A DNA stretch of 64,000 bases from Psilocybe cubensis (lineage: Eukaryota). A program made the translations under genes and the position numbers. Below the pieces are notes generated by a model that did no database searches, was not told where the DNA came from, and saw only the letters and a program-made list of their open reading frames with translations. Shown one piece after another: positions 62,300-64,000 of the stretch. Position 1 is the stretch's first letter. Each line of letters begins with the position of its first letter. The stretch lies in assembly GCA_017499595.2 (NCBI GenBank), contig CM039010.1:682001-746000 (forward strand). Reading direction: 5' to 3'.

Positions 62300-64000
62300 A
62301 CCCAATAATGGTCCATCTCCTGGTCGCATGGTTCGTCGTCGAATGCGACTAGCCCTGTGCTTTCGACTAGTACGTTGCAGACTACGCCTTCGCCTCCGCC
62401 GCTTAGCGATGAGGGCTTGGGATCAGGGTCAGGGTCTGGGGCGGGGTTGGTTAGTAGGAAGGAGATGGAAGAATAGCACACCCAGCAGCATACCCAGCAC
62501 ACCCAGCAACAGCAGCGCACTAGTACTCAACGCACAGGGACTGGTGCCCGTACTGGCACTGGCACTGGCAATGGTGTCCAGCGCACCAACGCAGAAGGAC
62601 CACGGCTTATCCCTGTCGACCCAGTCCGCGCCACCCCGCACCTCCTTGCAAAAATCCCGTATGTGCCCGTGACGATTGCGCATTTGCCGCAGGATAGTTT
62701 GGAGGCGCTTAGATCTGTACGTCTTGGCTGTTAATTGTTTGTTTGTTTTCTTGAGCACTTTCTGATGATGGATTGGTTGGTTGGTTTTTGGTCTTTTTAG
62801 GCATGGCGCGAGGCATGTGCGCCGCTTTATCATTGTTGTCGTAGTGTGTGTGAGCGTGCGAAGGTGGTTGAGATGAGTGCACGCCCTGCTGCTGCTGCTA
62901 TGGGTTCGTAGCAGGGTGTTGTACCGCGGGTCGCATCAGGCGGTGTACCCGACGCCGAATGTTCCGCCGCTGCAGCATGCGGGCGATGAGATTGTGTTAA
63001 AGGAGGATGAGGACGATGGCGTCGATGGCGTCGAGTTGGATACAGATATGGAGATGGAGATGGGGATGGGGAGGGTGAGGAGGAGGTTGATTATGATGTT
63101 TTGGATTATGAGGATGAGGATGAGGAGCAGGAGGAGCAGGAGGAGCAGGATGAAGAGGAGGAGGAGGAAAGGGAAGAAGTGCAGGAGGAGGAGGAGGAGG
63201 AGGAGGAGTACGACCCCGACCATGACCATGGCCATGCGGCGGAGAGGTATCGGTACTCTGGCTCTGTCTCTGTCTTTGTTTCTTCGAGTGTAGCTGTACC
63301 CGCTATATACTACTACCACCACCACCGCTACTACCACAACTACCACCACCACAACCACCGCCACCACAACTACAACCACCGCTGCTGATATCCACACTCC
63401 GACGTATAGATCGGTCCCTGCCCCAACCCCGCTCTTCGCACAGCGCCCATTGCGCAAGAGGTCATCTGATGAGCTTAATGATGATGGAGATGGAGAGGGT
63501 GATGCGGGGTACGATACGGCGAGTAGAAGTAGCGAGACGCTTTCGTCTTCGTGGGTGTCTAGTGCTGGAGCCGGTGCGGGGGATAATGGGCGAGAGAATC
63601 AAGGGGATAATAGAGGGGTGTTCGACCTGTTGATGTTGCTGTGGGTGTGGGTGTAAATGTGGTGGCGCCGGAGCTTGTGATGAGGCCGAGGAAACGGAGT
63701 AGTGAGGAGTTGGATGATGAGCATGAACGTGAACGCGGGCGTGAGCGTGGGAGTGAAGAGAGGGTACCGTGTCGGGGAACATACCATAACGACAACCACA
63801 ACCACAACGACACATATAGCCTCCACAACCACCAACGTATCCGGGTGCACGCGCCGCTTTCGCCGTCGTCTGAGAGCCCGCGCAGTAGAAGGCGGAGCGG
63901 GAGTGTGTATTATTCATCGTCTGCCGATGCGGAGGAAGGTGATCGGGATGTGGTGTTTTCTGAGGTGGGCGATGGCGATGTTGATGTTGATGTGCATGTG
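62300..64000 (+). pseudogene. Degenerate low-complexity coding relic with (GAG)n, (CAC/ACC)n and hexamer microsatellites
   Basis: Acidic stretch DYEDEDEEQEE..., poly-Thr and LRKRSSDEL in shifting frames with many stops. Confidence 0.35.

Noticed and set aside
62877-63457. Arg-rich and Leu/Val-rich ORFs
   Set aside because: Alternative-frame and antisense readings of GAG and CAC microsatellites.

Overview
Intron-rich fungal DNA from a mushroom-forming basidiomycete (Agaricomycete-type genes with short GT-AG introns). The left part (1 to ~37.7 kb) is host chromosome. It holds an AMSH-like gene fragment, a GT90/CAP10-like glycosyltransferase, two tandem Pro-rich 2OG-oxygenase-fold paralogs lacking catalytic residues, a myo-inositol transporter, carnosine N-methyltransferase, ISY1, a UbiA/COQ2-like prenyltransferase, tRNA-Ala(CGC), a DUF6533 membrane protein, a CFEM-GPI protein, RPL31, a GT69/CAP59-like mannosyltransferase and four very small hydrophobin-like genes with an atypical Cys spacing. 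The right part (~37.7-60.6 kb) looks like a large cargo-carrying DNA transposon or composite. It contains a CACTA/EnSpm (Tnp2) transposase, a divergent Spt5/NusG (NGN-KOW) paralog, a TET/JBP-type 2OG-Fe dioxygenase, an RTC4-domain gene, a subterminal-like repeat array, and twin perfect hairpins placed symmetrically upstream of the Spt5-like and transposase genes. The TET/JBP gene is split by a 2.77 kb foldback element (~0.9 kb TIRs, 7 bp TSD) whose removal restores the reading frame. The last ~3 kb is degenerate low-complexity sequence. All family calls come from motif recognition by eye; no searches were run.
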